Shown here in pieces: positions 1-12,076 of a DNA stretch of 64,000 bases. Made by a program: the position numbers and the translations under genes. The notes under the pieces are model-generated. The model did no database searches. It saw only the letters and a list, made by a program, of their open reading frames with translations, and was not told where the DNA came from. Source of the DNA: Octopus sinensis (taxonomy: Eukaryota); the NCBI RefSeq assembly GCF_006345805.1, contig NC_043014.1:30566001-30630000 (forward strand). The letters run 5' to 3'. The stretch's first letter is position 1; each line of letters begins with the position of its first letter.

Positions 1-285
1 TTCCTTATTCTGAAACAAATGTAATCCAAATTTTTAGAGGAAGAAGAAAAAATTTAAATCCATGATTTTAAACATGCCCTCTTCCTAAAACAGAAACCAC
101 CACTGAAATATTTTTTTTTTAGTATTTTTTTAGTCATTCTATTATATCCCACATTCTCAAACACTTGGAAATCTCATTTAAAATAGAACAAAAATTCTTA
201 CTTCCTTTCTTCATTATACAATTAAAAAAAATGTCAAACACCACAAGCTGATGCAGGAAAAATGAAATTTGAATTTTGAAAGAAG

Positions 286-598
286 TACCGTATATACTCA
301 AGGATATGTCACATTTATTTTGCAAAAAATTCTGATAAAAATGAGGGTTGTAACCTTTCCACTCGACATCACAGGGATCTGAAGTAAACTTCCACAGAAA
401 TGTTTTAATATTTGTAAGCAAAGTTTTGAAATAAAGGTGAATATTTGATAATATTTAACAAATATTAGTTATATTTATGTTATAAGGGGCCATTGTAACT
501 CCCCAGATTATAGTGCAACCTATGTGCAAGTCAACCACAAATACCTACTTTGACAACCCCAAACTAAGAGTGCAATCTATCTGCGAGAATATATGGTA
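286..598. mobile_element. Non-autonomous Tc1/mariner-pogo-type MITE
   Basis: Imperfect terminal inverted repeats taccgtatatactca (286-300) and cgagaatatatggta (584-598), with TA at both ends; no ORF. Confidence 0.6.
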
Positions 599-731
599 CC
601 TATAAAATGATAATTTTGGTAATTTAAAATGTAGGAAACAATATTTTTGATTAAAGTATAATGGGACCGAAAATATATCTTGTTTTCCTTTCTCTCTATC
701 AAATAACAACAATAAATTACAGTAGTCTCTT

Positions 732-2215
732 ATTAATAATAATAATAATAATTGTGTACAGTGCTCAGGTGCACTACAACTCATCTAAAGTGTATATATA
801 ATCAGGTGTAGTTTCGGCGGATTTCGGAAAGCATGAGGGCCTTAAAAGATGCAGTGTCATGGCAGTCAACAACTGACGCAGGCAGTTTATTCCATGCTTC
901 AGCAACTCTGAGCGTGAAAAAATGTTTCCGAAAGTCATGAGAGCTGTATTGTTTTCTGACTTTGTAGGCATGTCCACGTGTGTTAGACACATGGAGATCA
1001 AAAAGGTGTTCAGTGTTGTTGTTGGTGAGGTGGTTGATAACTTTGTGGGTGTTTACCAAGTCCGTCGCCAGACGCCGGAGCTTCAGTGAATCCATGCCCA
1101 GGGAAACAAGGCGCTCAGAATATGGTAGGTGTCTGATGGAGGGTATGCGTTTGGTTGCACGTCTCTGGACAGATTCCAGGAGGTCAATGTTCTGTGCAAG
1201 ATAGGGGTTCCAAACTGATGATGCAAATTCCAAGTGTGGTCGTACCATAGCTGTATACAGTTTTAAATAGATGGCTGGAGAGCGGCTAACAAAAGACCTG
1301 CTGAGTGATGCCAAGACACCCTCGGCCTTCCTGACAATCTTAGAGATATGCTTTGTCCAACGCAAATCACTGCTGACAGTGATGCTTAGGTCACGCTCGC
1401 AAGAGGATTTCTTGATATCAGTGTTGTGGAGGGAGTATGTGGACGCAGGGTCTTTTCTCCCAAAATGCATGGTGGTACACTTGTCCACAGCCAGTTTCAG
1501 TTGCCAGTCTGTGATCCATTGCTGCATTGTGTCTAGGTCTGATTGCAGGAAAGAGTTGTAGACATCAGGATCTGTCCTCTTGATTTCAAGGTACAGCTTG
1601 ATGTCGTCTGCATATTTCAATACTGTGGCATTCTTTAAATTGGCATCTATGTCGTTAATGTATGCCACAAATAAGAGGGGACCAAGGACAGATCCCTGTG
1701 GTACACCCGATGACATCTCATATGGTGTAGAGTGCTGTCCTAGAACTGTGACAACCTCCTTTCGGCTGAGGATGAAGGATTTCAACCAGTTAAAAAGGTC
1801 ATCCCCCACACCCATTGCAGAGAGTTTCACCATAAGCCTTTTGTGTGGCACAGAGTTGAAAGCCTTAGCAAAGTCAAGGTAGACAACATCCACCCATGAG
1901 CCACTGTCAGTAATCTGAGTAATGTCCTCAAGGAACTCGACAAGCTGGTCACTGCAGCTGGAGTTAGGGACAAATCCATATTGTGAGGGTCGGATGAGAC
2001 TGTGAGAGCTCCAGAAGTTCCAGAGTGTTTCTCTGACACACGATTCCATCAGTTTTGCAATACAGCTAGTGAGACTGACTGGGCGATAGTTGACAGGTGA
2101 TGTGCGGTCGCCCTTTTTGAACAGAGGAATGACACTGGCAGTTTTCCACTGCTCCGGAGTAGCACCATTGTTGAGACAGTACTGGAAGAAAATAGAAAGC
2201 TGGTGTAAAAGGAAG
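732..2215 (-). mobile_element. 5'-truncated CR1-like non-LTR retrotransposon (LINE)
   Basis: RT-encoding ORF2 fragment, short 3'UTR (gttgtagtgcacctgagcactgtacac) and (ATT)n tail at ~732-752. Confidence 0.92.
802..2214 (-). CDS. CR1-like ORF2 fragment: reverse transcriptase and C-terminal domain (N-terminally truncated)
   Basis: Frame is open for 471 codons including the stop. Motifs: WKTASVIPLFKKG, NYRPVSLTS, QYGF, YLDFAKAFNSVPH, SGVPQGSVLGPLLF, YADD, VRPHLEFASSVWNP, FFTLRVAEAWNKLP. Confidence 0.9.
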   Translation of the reverse strand, partial: FLLHQLSIFFQYCLNNGATPEQWKTASVIPLFKKGDRTSPVNYRPVSLTSCIAKLMESCVRETLWNFWSSHSLIRPSQYGFVPNSSCSDQLVEFLEDITQITDSGSWVDVVYLDFAKAFNSVPHKRLMVKLSAMGVGDDLFNWLKSFILSRKEVVTVLGQHSTPYEMSSGVPQGSVLGPLLFVAYINDIDANLKNATVLKYADDIKLYLEIKRTDPDVYNSFLQSDLDTMQQWITDWQLKLAVDKCTTMHFGRKDPASTYSLHNTDIKKSSCERDLSITVSSDLRWTKHISKIVRKAEGVLASLSRSFVSRSPAIYLKLYTAMVRPHLEFASSVWNPYLAQNIDLLESVQRRATKRIPSIRHLPYSERLVSLGMDSLKLRRLATDLVNTHKVINHLTNNNTEHLFDLHVSNTRGHAYKVRKQYSSHDFRKHFFTLRVAEAWNKLPASVVDCHDTASFKALMLSEIRRNYT

Positions 2216-2692
2216 TGCCTGCCACGTTTGAGAAGCTTATTCTAAGTAAGATAGCTATAGTTATTTCAGCTGATTTTTGGTTTGTGAGGAAGATTAAAAA
2301 AATGGTTTGTAAAATTAAATTTGATTGGAATTACATCAATGTAAATAAAGCCAGTGTTAATAAAGTCTTGTTTTTATTTTATTTTTATGTCATAGAAAAA
2401 CTTTTTAACAGTACAGTAACAGTATAAAAGAAAAACAACAAAAATAAAACAGAAACAATAAAAAAATTATAATAACCAGGGAAGGTATAATGAAAAGATG
2501 GGGTTAAGAATTTTTGTTTTGGTTTAAATATAAATTCTAAGTATTTCAGAATATGGAATATAATAAAATGACTAAAAATAATGAAAAGAAAAATAATTTT
2601 AGTGATAGTTGCTGGGGATGGTGGGCTGGTTGCAATGATTAAAATGCAAGTATTTTTCAGATCATTCCATTTTTTAATCTTTTTATTTTATG

Positions 2693-2864
2693 CAAGTAAG
2701 GAGTGGCTGTGTGGTAAGTAGCTTGCTACCAACCACATGTTCTCGATTCAGTCCCACTGCATGGCAACTTGAGCAAGTGTCTTCTACTATAGCATCGGGC
2801 TGACCAAAGCCTTGTGAGTAGATTTGGTAGACAGAAACTGAAAGAAGCCCGTCGTATATATGCA

Positions 2865-2924
<60 letters not shown>

Positions 2925-3152
2925 TGTTTGTGTGTCTGTGTTTGTGTGTCTGTGTTTGTCCCCCCTACATCACTTGACAACTGATGCTGGTGTGTTTACG
3001 TCCCTGTAACTTACCAGTTCAGCAAAAGAGACCGACAGAATAAGGACTAGGCTTACAAAGAATAAGTCCTGGGGTCAATTTGCTCGACTAAAGGTGGTGC
3101 TCCAGCATGGCCGCAGTCAAAATGACTGAAACAACTAAAAGAGGAAAAGAGT
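2693..3152 (+). mobile_element. tRNA-derived CORE-type SINE (family A, octopus OR-like), full length
   Basis: A-box tggctgtgtggtaag, B-box-like gattcagtcc, CORE-like cttgagcaagtgtcttc, internal (TG)n, 3' tail ggtggtgctccagcatggccgcagtc...tgaaacaactaaaagag. Confidence 0.85.
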
Positions 3153-3961
3153 AAGCAGTGGACTATTTCAAAGACTGTACAATGGATTTTGGGAGAGATT
3201 AGGATGCAATTCTGAGCCGGATGAGAGGCTGTGTAGAAGATCCCCTATCGACTCACAATCAAAAGGGGTGTAAGATTTTATTCTCTCAGCATATCCCTGT
3301 TACAAAAAAGCATTATTGTTGGAAATAGCAAAGTGACCAATAGCTGCACATTACAGATGACCTGTCATTATTTTATAAGCAAAAATCAACATGGTATTGA
3401 AGAAGACAAAGCTTTAATGCATGAAGGAAACTATGGGAAAGAAAGAGAATTGTGTTTGGACTTAATAGAAATAATAAGCAGTAATCAGCATGCAAATACC
3501 ACCACAATTACCCCCCTTATATTTGTTTACTGGTTTATACATATAAATACAGGAAAACAGACAGAACCAGCAGTGGTTTATACTATTAATAAATCAACTG
3601 GTCAGTAGCATATCTCATTAACTCTATTTTGGTTTCATTTACACATAAATGTTCAGGCAAGTTAGTTATTTCAATAACTTCATAATCAAATATTTTTCTC
3701 TAACTCATAAACAAGCAAAGTTGTCATCAACCACTATTATCTAACAAGCAAGCCTCTAGATGGTTACTGGCTTTGCTAGAAACAGTAGCCAAATCTCCCT
3801 CAAATCATGCTTTACTGGAGTATAAAATGGAAAGCAATATTAGATAATGCATTCCGTGACATCCCTCAAAAAGAAAACTGACCCCAACAGGAATGTATTT
3901 GATCAGCCTGTTCAAACACTAGCCATATCTCTCACAAATTTCACCCTACATATTAACCATA

Positions 3962-4178
3962 TTAACCCTTTAGCATTCAGATTACCCTGTCAAATGTAGC
4001 ATTCAGATTACCCTGTCAAATGTAGCTATCTCATAGCTTTGAGATTTCAATGATGTGACCACATATTTTAAGAATGACATTGTATGGTAGGTGTGAAAGG
4101 CCAGATCTGGCAGGCTTGAACATAAAATAAGTAGAATATTTTGGCCTGGTATGGCTGGTTTAAATGCTAAAGGGTTAA
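3962..4178 (+). mobile_element. piggyBac-type MITE (family B, TTAA|CCCTTTAGCATT)
   Basis: TIR ttaaccctttagcatt / aatgctaaagggttaa; internal 26-bp tandem duplication; many copies in window. Confidence 0.8.
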
Positions 4179-4473
4179 GGAAAAAAACAACATAGCTCAA
4201 GATGATGCAGTCTATCTGAATATAAAACAGGATGGACAAGATTGGAATGTTTGAACAGGGCTGATCTGGGGCTAATCCAGAATAACCATTAACTACTTGA
4301 AGCCTTTCAAGTCAATAAGAAAATCACATTATGGTCACTCAACCTGCTGGGAATAACAGCCAAATTCCTTCCCACAGTCTTAGAGAAGGATATGCTGGAT
4401 AACAGCGACTTCAGTTACCTACATATTATAGGAAGGCAACAGGGCTGACTTGGATCTAAAACAACCATTACTT

Positions 4474-4900
4474 ACTTTTATTCTTTTACTTGTTCAAGTC
4501 ATTAGACTGCAGCCATGCTGGAGCACCACCTTTAGTCAAACAAATCAACCCCAGGGCTTATTCATTTTAAGCTTAGTACTTATTCTATCGGTTTCTTTTG
4601 CCGTACCACTAAGTTACAGGGATGTAAACACACCAACATCAGTTGTCAAGCGATGGTGGGGGGACAAACACAAGCACACACAAACATGTACATACACACA
4701 CACACACAAACATGTACATACATACACACACATATATGCAGCAGGTTTCTTTCGGTTTCTGTCTACCAAATCCACTCACAAGGCTTTGGTCAGCCTGAGG
4801 CTATAGTAGTAGACACTTCCCCAAGGTATCATGCAGTGGCACTGAACCCGGAACCATGTGGTTGGTAAGCAAGCTAGTTACCACACAGCCACTCCTGCAC
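4474..4900 (-). mobile_element. SINE family A, full length
   Basis: Reverse complement of the family A head, CA microsatellite and tail. Confidence 0.85.
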
Positions 4901-5220
4901 CTATACTACTAACATTATCTTTCTATAAGCTAGAACTTTCATTGCTCGTTCATCATATCATTTGCGTATCATTTCTATTAAGTAACATTTGATATTCTTC
5001 TGATTTAATCTTAATCTATCATTTAGAGTCGCATTACCTACACCAACACCAAAAAGAAAAAAAAAAGTCTCATCTTACTTTTCTCCTGAACCTTCAAAAT
5101 AACACATAGTTAATAAATCTGTCAAAAACTGTGGCAATTCAGTGAGGAAATATAGTAGTGTGTTTGTGTGTGTGTGTGTGTGCGTGTGTGTGTGTGTGTG
5201 TGCGTGTATGCATACATATA

Positions 5221-5473
5221 TATTATTTCTTTATTGCCCGTGTATGCATATATATTATTTCTTTATTGCCCACATAGAGGGGAAAAACAAGGACAGACAG
5301 AGGGATTAAGTTGATTAGATCGACCCCAGTGTGTAACTGGTACTTTATTTATTGACCCCAAAAGGATGAAAGGCAAAGTCGACCTCGGTGGAATATGAAC
5401 TCAGAACGTAACGGCAGACGAAATACCGCTTAGCATTTCGCCTGGCGTGCTAACGTTTATGCCAGCTCACCGC
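5221..5473 (-). mobile_element. tRNA-derived SINE (family D, gtcgactttgcctttcatcc central domain)
   Basis: Head gcggtgagctggcataaacgttagcacg, B-box-like gagttcatattcc, central gtcgactttgcctttcatcc...aagtaccag, duplicated gggcaataaagaaataata tail. Confidence 0.8.
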
Positions 5474-5507
5474 TTTATGCATACATATATATGCATATAT
5501 ACATACA

Positions 5508-6600
5508 TACGAGATTGTATCAAAAAGTACCTGGACTAGATCTGTAGCACGCCAATACATGGCAGCCCATGATTGTGTGTGCAGTGAGAGCTAGCAGTGA
5601 CCTTCATGAGGCAGTGTGCCAAGTGACATCACAGTGTTTACTTGGCAAGTTATGAAATTTGGGTTTTTGTGATCACATGTAAGCTGTAATCTGCAATTTT
5701 GTCATTGACAAGAAGTGGGGACAAAGAGCCACCATGAAATTTTGCGTTAAACTTGAGAAGTCTGCAACAGAGTGATTAAGTATGCATCAACAAGCTTACA
5801 GTGATGATGCAATGAATCATATGCAAAGTTTTGATTGGCACGATCACCTCAAAAGTGAAAGAACATTGTTGGAAAATGATGTGCGATCTGGAAAACCTGC
5901 CACAAGCATCACCCCTTGTTGTTTGTTCCTTCTCGAGCCATGCCTGGCTCATAAGGGCTGGTTTCCCGGTTTCCTTGGCATATAGATTCCCCACCTGGAT
6001 GGGACACCGGTCCATTGCAGGTGAGCTGCAAGATGCAGGAGGAAAGAGTGAGAGAAAGTTGTGGCGAAACAGTCAGCAGAAGTTTGCCATTACCTTCTGC
6101 TGGAGCAGCATGGAGCTTAGGGATTTTACTCATAAACACACACATAGCTCAGTCCGAGATTTGAACCCGTGATCCCTCAACTGCAAGTCTGCTGCAACCA
6201 CTAGGCCATGTACCTCCACAAGCATCACCCCTGGAAATGAGAAAAAAATTCATCAGCTTGTGCATGAGGATTATCAGAGAATATTCAACAATGTTTTTAA
6301 ACATTTGAGGTAGGACATTCGGCAAAAGTGAACAGACCTGTAGGGCACAAAGAAATGGATTCTCCATGATGACAACGCACCCTGTCACCAAGCTCTCCTC
6401 ACTCGTGAGTTTCTCTCCACCCTATTCACTAGATTTAGTTCCTGTGGACTTACATCGCTTCCCCAACAGGAAGATGAAGCTCAAAGGTCACTGTTTTATT
6501 GAAAACAACTTCCAGGCTGGATTCCAAAAGTGGCAGGAATGCTGAGACCAGTGTATTGCTGTGCAAAGTGACTATTTCAAAAGAGATGATGATAAAAGAA
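5508..6600 (+). mobile_element. Degenerate mariner transposon, interrupted by a SINE
   Basis: 5' TIR-like tacgagattgtatcaaaaagt; broken transposase: EQRATMKFCVKLEKSATE, LENDVRSGKPATS, WILHDDNAPCH, DLVPVD..FP, FQKWQEC..QCIAVQSDYF. Confidence 0.85.
5917..6215 (-). mobile_element. tRNA-derived SINE (family E) with 17-bp target-site duplication
   Basis: TSD ccacaagcatcacccct at 5900-5916 and 6216-6232; A-box tggcctagtgg, B-box ggttcaaatc; (AAC)n-like tail. Confidence 0.88.
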
Positions 6601-6755
6601 TATTCTCACTTATGAGAAAAAAACGATGTAAAAACACCATATCTGTCCAGTGGTGTCCCTTGTCAGATTCCCAGATGTGTTTCTAGCTCTTTAATCATTA
6701 TCAACAGGAAATACTAAAGAGAGGAAACTTTGGTCAGACTTAATTAAAGACATAG

Positions 6756-6793
<38 letters not shown>

Positions 6794-8069
6794 AGTATAT
6801 ATAAATCACAGTATTTGTGTATATATTGACAAATGCATACATTTACACAATTCTCAACTGATTTTCACCAAACTTAACACACACACACACATTACGTATG
6901 TCCCAAGGATGATCATGCACTATAACATTTTGCCCAGAGCTCCCACATAAATGGACAAACTGGAAAAAATGGTGATTTACATGGGTTTTTCTATAATTCA
7001 TTGCATGTACATAGAATTTTTGTATTTAGGGTCTTCCATACTTTTTTAATCTATATGGTCATATATTGGCATTAGAGAATATTTTTCAGTAGTTTTCACA
7101 TTTTTGAAATATTATTTACATGTTGTAAATTGCGTATTATTACTTGGTTAGAGAATAGTATAAAAGTGAAAGAATTTTGCTTATTTATATATTTCAACTG
7201 GCCACCTGTTATCATTTATTTATATGTTGTAATTGTATATTACTACTTGGTTAGAGAATATTATAAAAGTGAAAGGATTTTGTCTATTTATTTATTTCAA
7301 CTGTCCACCTGCGACGGTGATTAAATTGACTAGGAACACTGTATGTGATGAATATCCAATACCAAACAATCTCAATCTCCATATTTAAGCTGCATTAAAC
7401 TTTGGTAAGCTTACCTTTACCTATTCTGAGTTACTTGAAAGGTGATGTTCCATTTCCTCTCTTCTATTTATTGATACATTTGTTTACCTAAAAATGTGTT
7501 ATTTCACTTTAAGAATGCTTATTCACCCATCCATTATTATATTTTGAATGCGACATCACTGTGAACTGGTAAAGATTCAAAACAGTATTCATGAGCTGAA
7601 GTCAAACTCTTCATATCTTCATTTTTCATTACCTGTAAGCACGTAGCAAATACATTCCTTTAACTCTACTTTTTCAAGTAGGTATTATATTGCCATTTTG
7701 AATGTACCAATCATACTTCTCTCCAAAAAAAATAGCTCCCTTTGCTGTTGAATAAAATAAACTTGTAGAGGGGAAGTTTCAAGGTCTTCCTTCAATTTCC
7801 TTACACCATTTATGTGGCTGTTTCTGATAGGAAATTTTGCTTCCATGTAACACAACTATATTTTATAATCATTATCCATAATCTACTCCCAAAACACTTC
7901 AGTTGCTCTACTTTGCGTCACTTGCAAACTTATATGTTCTATGATCAAAAAAAAGAAAGGAATGACTTCACTGGTAGTCCTAATCAGTTTAATTTATCAT
8001 TTTTTTAGTTCATAATATATATATACACACACACACACATACATACAATGTGTATATAACTATATATAT

Positions 8070-9400
8070 ACTTTTATTCTTTTATATGTTTCAGCCTTGA
8101 GGTTGTGGCCATGCTAAGGCACCGCCAGTGTAATCACCTTTTAACTGGCCAATTCTATGGGATTGGCTTTTGGTGAAGGAGGGAGTTTGATAGCGCTGCC
8201 CTCTTTTGAGTTTCCTGCCTTGATATTAGACAGCAAGAGGTCTAGCTGTTTCTTGAAAGTATTTACTCCCATTCCATGGAGATCCCTCAGATGTTTTGGC
8301 AAGGTGTTAAATAACTGTGGGCCCTTGAATCCGAAGCTATTGCAGTACATGGTCCTCACCTTAGATGAGACTACTGGGACTTTTAGAACAGTTCAGTGAC
8401 ATCCATTTGGAGGTCTGGTATAACTCGCAATTCCAAAGTTTGGTGCCAGCCCCTCCAGTATCTTCCACACATATATCACTGCATACCTCTCCCTACTTCG
8501 CTTCAGAGAACAGAGTCATAGCTCTTTCAGTCTCTCCCAGTAGCTCAGCTGTTCCACTGATGCAATCTTCTTTGTGTAGTATCACTGAACCACCTCAAGT
8601 TCTGCTATTAACCCTACACTGTAAGGTGACCACAGTTGAGAGCAGTAGTCCTGATGGCTGAGGACAAATGTCCTCCATAAGACCAGCATAGTTTCCTGGT
8701 CCCTTATTCTGAAAGTTCTCAGAATCCATCTGGCCATTCACCTCCACACTGCCACCATCTTCATGACATGCATGTGAAACAAGGCATTGTTGCTCGTATC
8801 AATCCCAAGATCATGCACCATATGTTCTTCTAGGACTACTGCTCCTTTTGCTCCAAGTGTCATTGTTGTGGTTTCTGAGCACCAATTAGATGGTAGTGGA
8901 GGGTTTGGAATTTGTCTGCATTAAATTGCATGTTCTTGTCCTCAGCCCGTTTATATATGGCATCTATGTCTTTCCATAGAATATCAGCATCAGAAGGTTC
9001 CTTGACTGCTTGTACTACTTTTGTGTCATCGGCATAGCTAGTAAGTGTGACTCTCTGTGTCTGCTCTGCTACCTCCCTTATGGATAGGGCATATGATGCC
9101 TTCCTTAATTGTTTGGGAAGTCTTACTGTAGTGAGGTAACTCTGAAAGAGAATCTGAAGTGGTCTAGCTTGAGCCTCTTTGCATTTCTTTAGGAAGATTG
9201 CTGGGAATCCGTCAAGGCCCATTGCTGAGTTTGAGCTCATCTCATTAATGGTTCATATCACATCAGTTTCCTCTATGCTGATGCTATCAATAATTGCCAT
9301 TTTGTTGTGTAGATCTGTGGAGCCAAAGAACTCATCAGGCATTGCAAGTGTCCCAGTGGAGTTGTGAAAGCACTCGTGTATTGCACATTCAGTATTTCAT
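8070..9400 (-). mobile_element. Degenerate CR1-like LINE (second family), internally deleted
   Basis: Frameshifted ORF2 pieces: SAMGLDGFPAIFLKKCK, LTSYADDTKV, MQFNADKFQTLHY, NSFGFKGPQLFNTLP..FKKQLD; 3' end ggcggtgccttagcatggccacaacc...gaaacatataaaagaataaaag. Confidence 0.85.
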
Positions 9401-9793
9401 AAATTCTAAAATAAAATTTAGGATTCATGGATGATCAAAGTTGGGAACAAAAAAATGACAGTATAGACATACAAGGAAACTGAACAAAAACAAACAAGGA
9501 GGGTCATTAGACCAGAATGAGAGGAAAATAGTGAATGGTGGGAGAAACATTTTTTTGAAAAAAGAAAAGAAAGATGGATGATGGTCATATGTGAGCAGTG
9601 AGAGAGAGTGAGAGAGAAAAAAAAGAGAAAGAGGGGGAGAGACAGTGACAGATAGAAAGCAGTGAAGGAGGGGGGACAAAAAAGGGAATTAGAGAAGGAT
9701 GGAGGAAGAAAACAGTATAGAGAAGAGAGTGGCGTCAAAAAGGTGAAGACAAACTTATTAGGAAATGGATGCATCGTGTTCAATTAAATAATA

Positions 9794-9847
<54 letters not shown>

Positions 9848-9983
9848 GGGTACAGGATGTCACCAGTGATGTAAATAACATGAAATACATAAACAACAAG
9901 AAAAAAATGTAAAAAAGGACAAGTTAACACCAAGAAAGGACATATACATACAATGTATATATATATATATGTGTGTACATAAA

Positions 9984-10048
<65 letters not shown>

Positions 10049-10434
10049 TAATTTTTATTATTGTATAATGTGTAATGTGTTTATTGAATAAAGTATAAAG
10101 TATAATAAACCCATTACACCTTATACAATAATAATAAAAACTATTATAATAGCACCTGAGAAACCAAGAACCAAAAAACGAATTAAGCATAATAGAATAC
10201 CTCTACAATAAAACGAATGGAATAATAAACTTTTAATAATAATAAATCTACATAAACATTCAATCTAACCATGACCTATTTTTAGGACTGTTTCGCTTCA
10301 CATACCACATTTAGTAGGCGTGAACATTAAGTTTAGATTCCTATGACTTAATAGGAGCACCTCTGCCTTACACAAAACACTTTAGTCATTCAGTTTTTGA
10401 TTCCTTCAGTTTTACTTCGAATCAGCTGAGGGCA

Positions 10435-10517
10435 AGGACCCTGATGAAATTGCACCCGGCCATGATGCCAGGTTCCAAAAGTGTGCAGTCGCTGCAGTTG
10501 AGACACACGTACGTCCT
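10435..10517 (+). ncRNA. Degenerate minimal type-I hammerhead ribozyme motif (Penelope-like pseudo-LTR)
   Basis: aggac-c-CTGATGA-aattgca...tgcagtt-GAGA(GAAA variant)-cacacg-TA-c-gtcct; stems I and II are complementary. Confidence 0.5.
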
Positions 10518-10917
10518 GAAAAGATGCTGTAAATAACTGTTAAATAAAATTATGGATTTGAAAAATCTCCGTTCTCCTTATCATCATTAATACTATTACT
10601 TGCTCTATGGAACGTATGCAGTCCTGAACAGGAAACTTGGATTCACCCAGCAAGGAAAGTTACCAGAGCCTAAAAACTTATTGTTAGTTTGGATACCACA
10701 TAAGGACTATTGTGTTTAGCTGGCATCTGAAACTGACTTGAGAGGAAACACAATCACCACCAAGATAATATATCCCTTTAAACTCATTTTGAAATGTATA
10801 CATACATATATACACATTATATATATATTATATATATACATACATATATACACATTATATATACATACATATACATACATTATACATATATATACATGCA
10901 TACACATATATATATAC

Positions 10918-11290
10918 AGGCACAAGCATGGCTGTATAGTTAAGAAAATTTCTTCCATGTTCAGTCCTAAGTGTCTCCTACTATAGCCCCAAGTCTAACA
11001 AAGCTTTGTGAATGGAATTAGTAGAAGCTGAAAGAAGCCCTTTGTATATGTGTGTGTCTGTACACATGTTAATGTGTGTGTGTGTATGTGTATGTTTGTG
11101 TGCGCATGTGCATGTGTGTGTGCACATGCGTGTGCACACACATGAATTGGTGTCTCCTTGTCTTGAGATCATATGATGGTTGTGGCCTTCAGTGGAAATA
11201 GATGAGGACTGGTGACAAGAAGGGCATTGGGCTATAAATAGAAAATCTGCCCCGACAAATTCTATCCAACCCATGTAAATATAAGTATAC
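10918..11290 (+). mobile_element. SINE with family A head and RTE-type 3' tail
   Basis: Head catggctgtatagttaag...gttcagtcc, gaaagaagccc; after the (TG)n the tail is ggtgacaagaagggcatt...gaaaatctgcc...ccaacccatg. Confidence 0.65.
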
Positions 11291-11307
11291 AATAAAACAA
11301 CAATAAT

Positions 11308-12050
11308 AGGCACAGCCATGGCTGTATGGTAAGAGGCTTACTTCCCAACCACATGGTAGCAGGTTCAGTCCCACTGCATGACACCCTGGGCAAGTGTCTT
11401 CAACTATAGCCTCGGGCTGACCAAAGCCTTGCGAGTAGATTTGGTAGACAAAATCTGAAAGAAGCCCATTGTATATAGATTTATATATAATAGATTGAAT
11501 AAAACAGAGTTAACAAGAAGGAGTACAATTAGCTATTTAATAAAAACTACACATTTCGATACAACATACATCCACATATCCACAGGATTTAAATTAAGCA
11601 ACAGTTTACCTATACAATGGGATCCAGTTGTATCTCCTCAGGTGATATAAAATTGCTGTCCCCATTAGTAAACCTTTGACTTTGATGCTAACACATCCAA
11701 CGGGCTTGTTTGAATCTAGTAGACACCAGCTATTTGGTAATTCTAAGGGTGAACAAACTCTATTTTGTACTTTACTACATTCTTAAAGGAATACACCTTA
11801 AATATATTTATATATGTGTATGTATATATATATATCTACCTGTGTGGTTTTGTGTCTGTGTTTGTCCACCCCACAACCATCACCGATTGACAACCAGTGT
11901 TGGTGTGTTTGCATCCCTGTAACTTGGGAGTTCAGCAAAACAGACTGATAGAATAAGTACCAGTCTCAAAAGATAAGTACTGGGGTTGATTCATTCCCAG
12001 CATGGTCACAGTCTAATGACTGAACCAATTGAAAAGAAAAGATAAAAGAT
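11308..12050 (+). mobile_element. SINE family A split by a ~330-bp insertion in its central TA microsatellite
   Basis: 5' half 11308-11475; 3' half ~11840-12050; unrelated insert between them. Confidence 0.8.
11545..11644 (-). ncRNA. Degenerate minimal hammerhead motif with extended stem II
   Basis: Minus strand: CTGAGGA-gatacaac...gttgtatc-GAAA-tgtg-TA; perfect 8-bp stem II; loop 3 looks like CpG-decayed CGCG; stem I weak. Confidence 0.55.
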
Positions 12051-12076
12051 GATATATATATATATATATATATATA

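Noticed and set aside
980-1882. Plus-strand ORFs overlapping the RT
   Set aside because: Antisense shadows of the CR1 ORF2.
5079-5091. 13-nt microexon candidate (gaag|GTTCAGGAGAAAA|gtaaga)
   Set aside because: Weak acceptor and not frame-preserving; expected by chance.
7415-7632. Exon or recursive-splice-like site (ttacag|gtaatg) with donor at 7414; similar AG|GT at ~59890
   Set aside because: Stops in all frames, and AGGTAA occurs often by chance in 64 kb.
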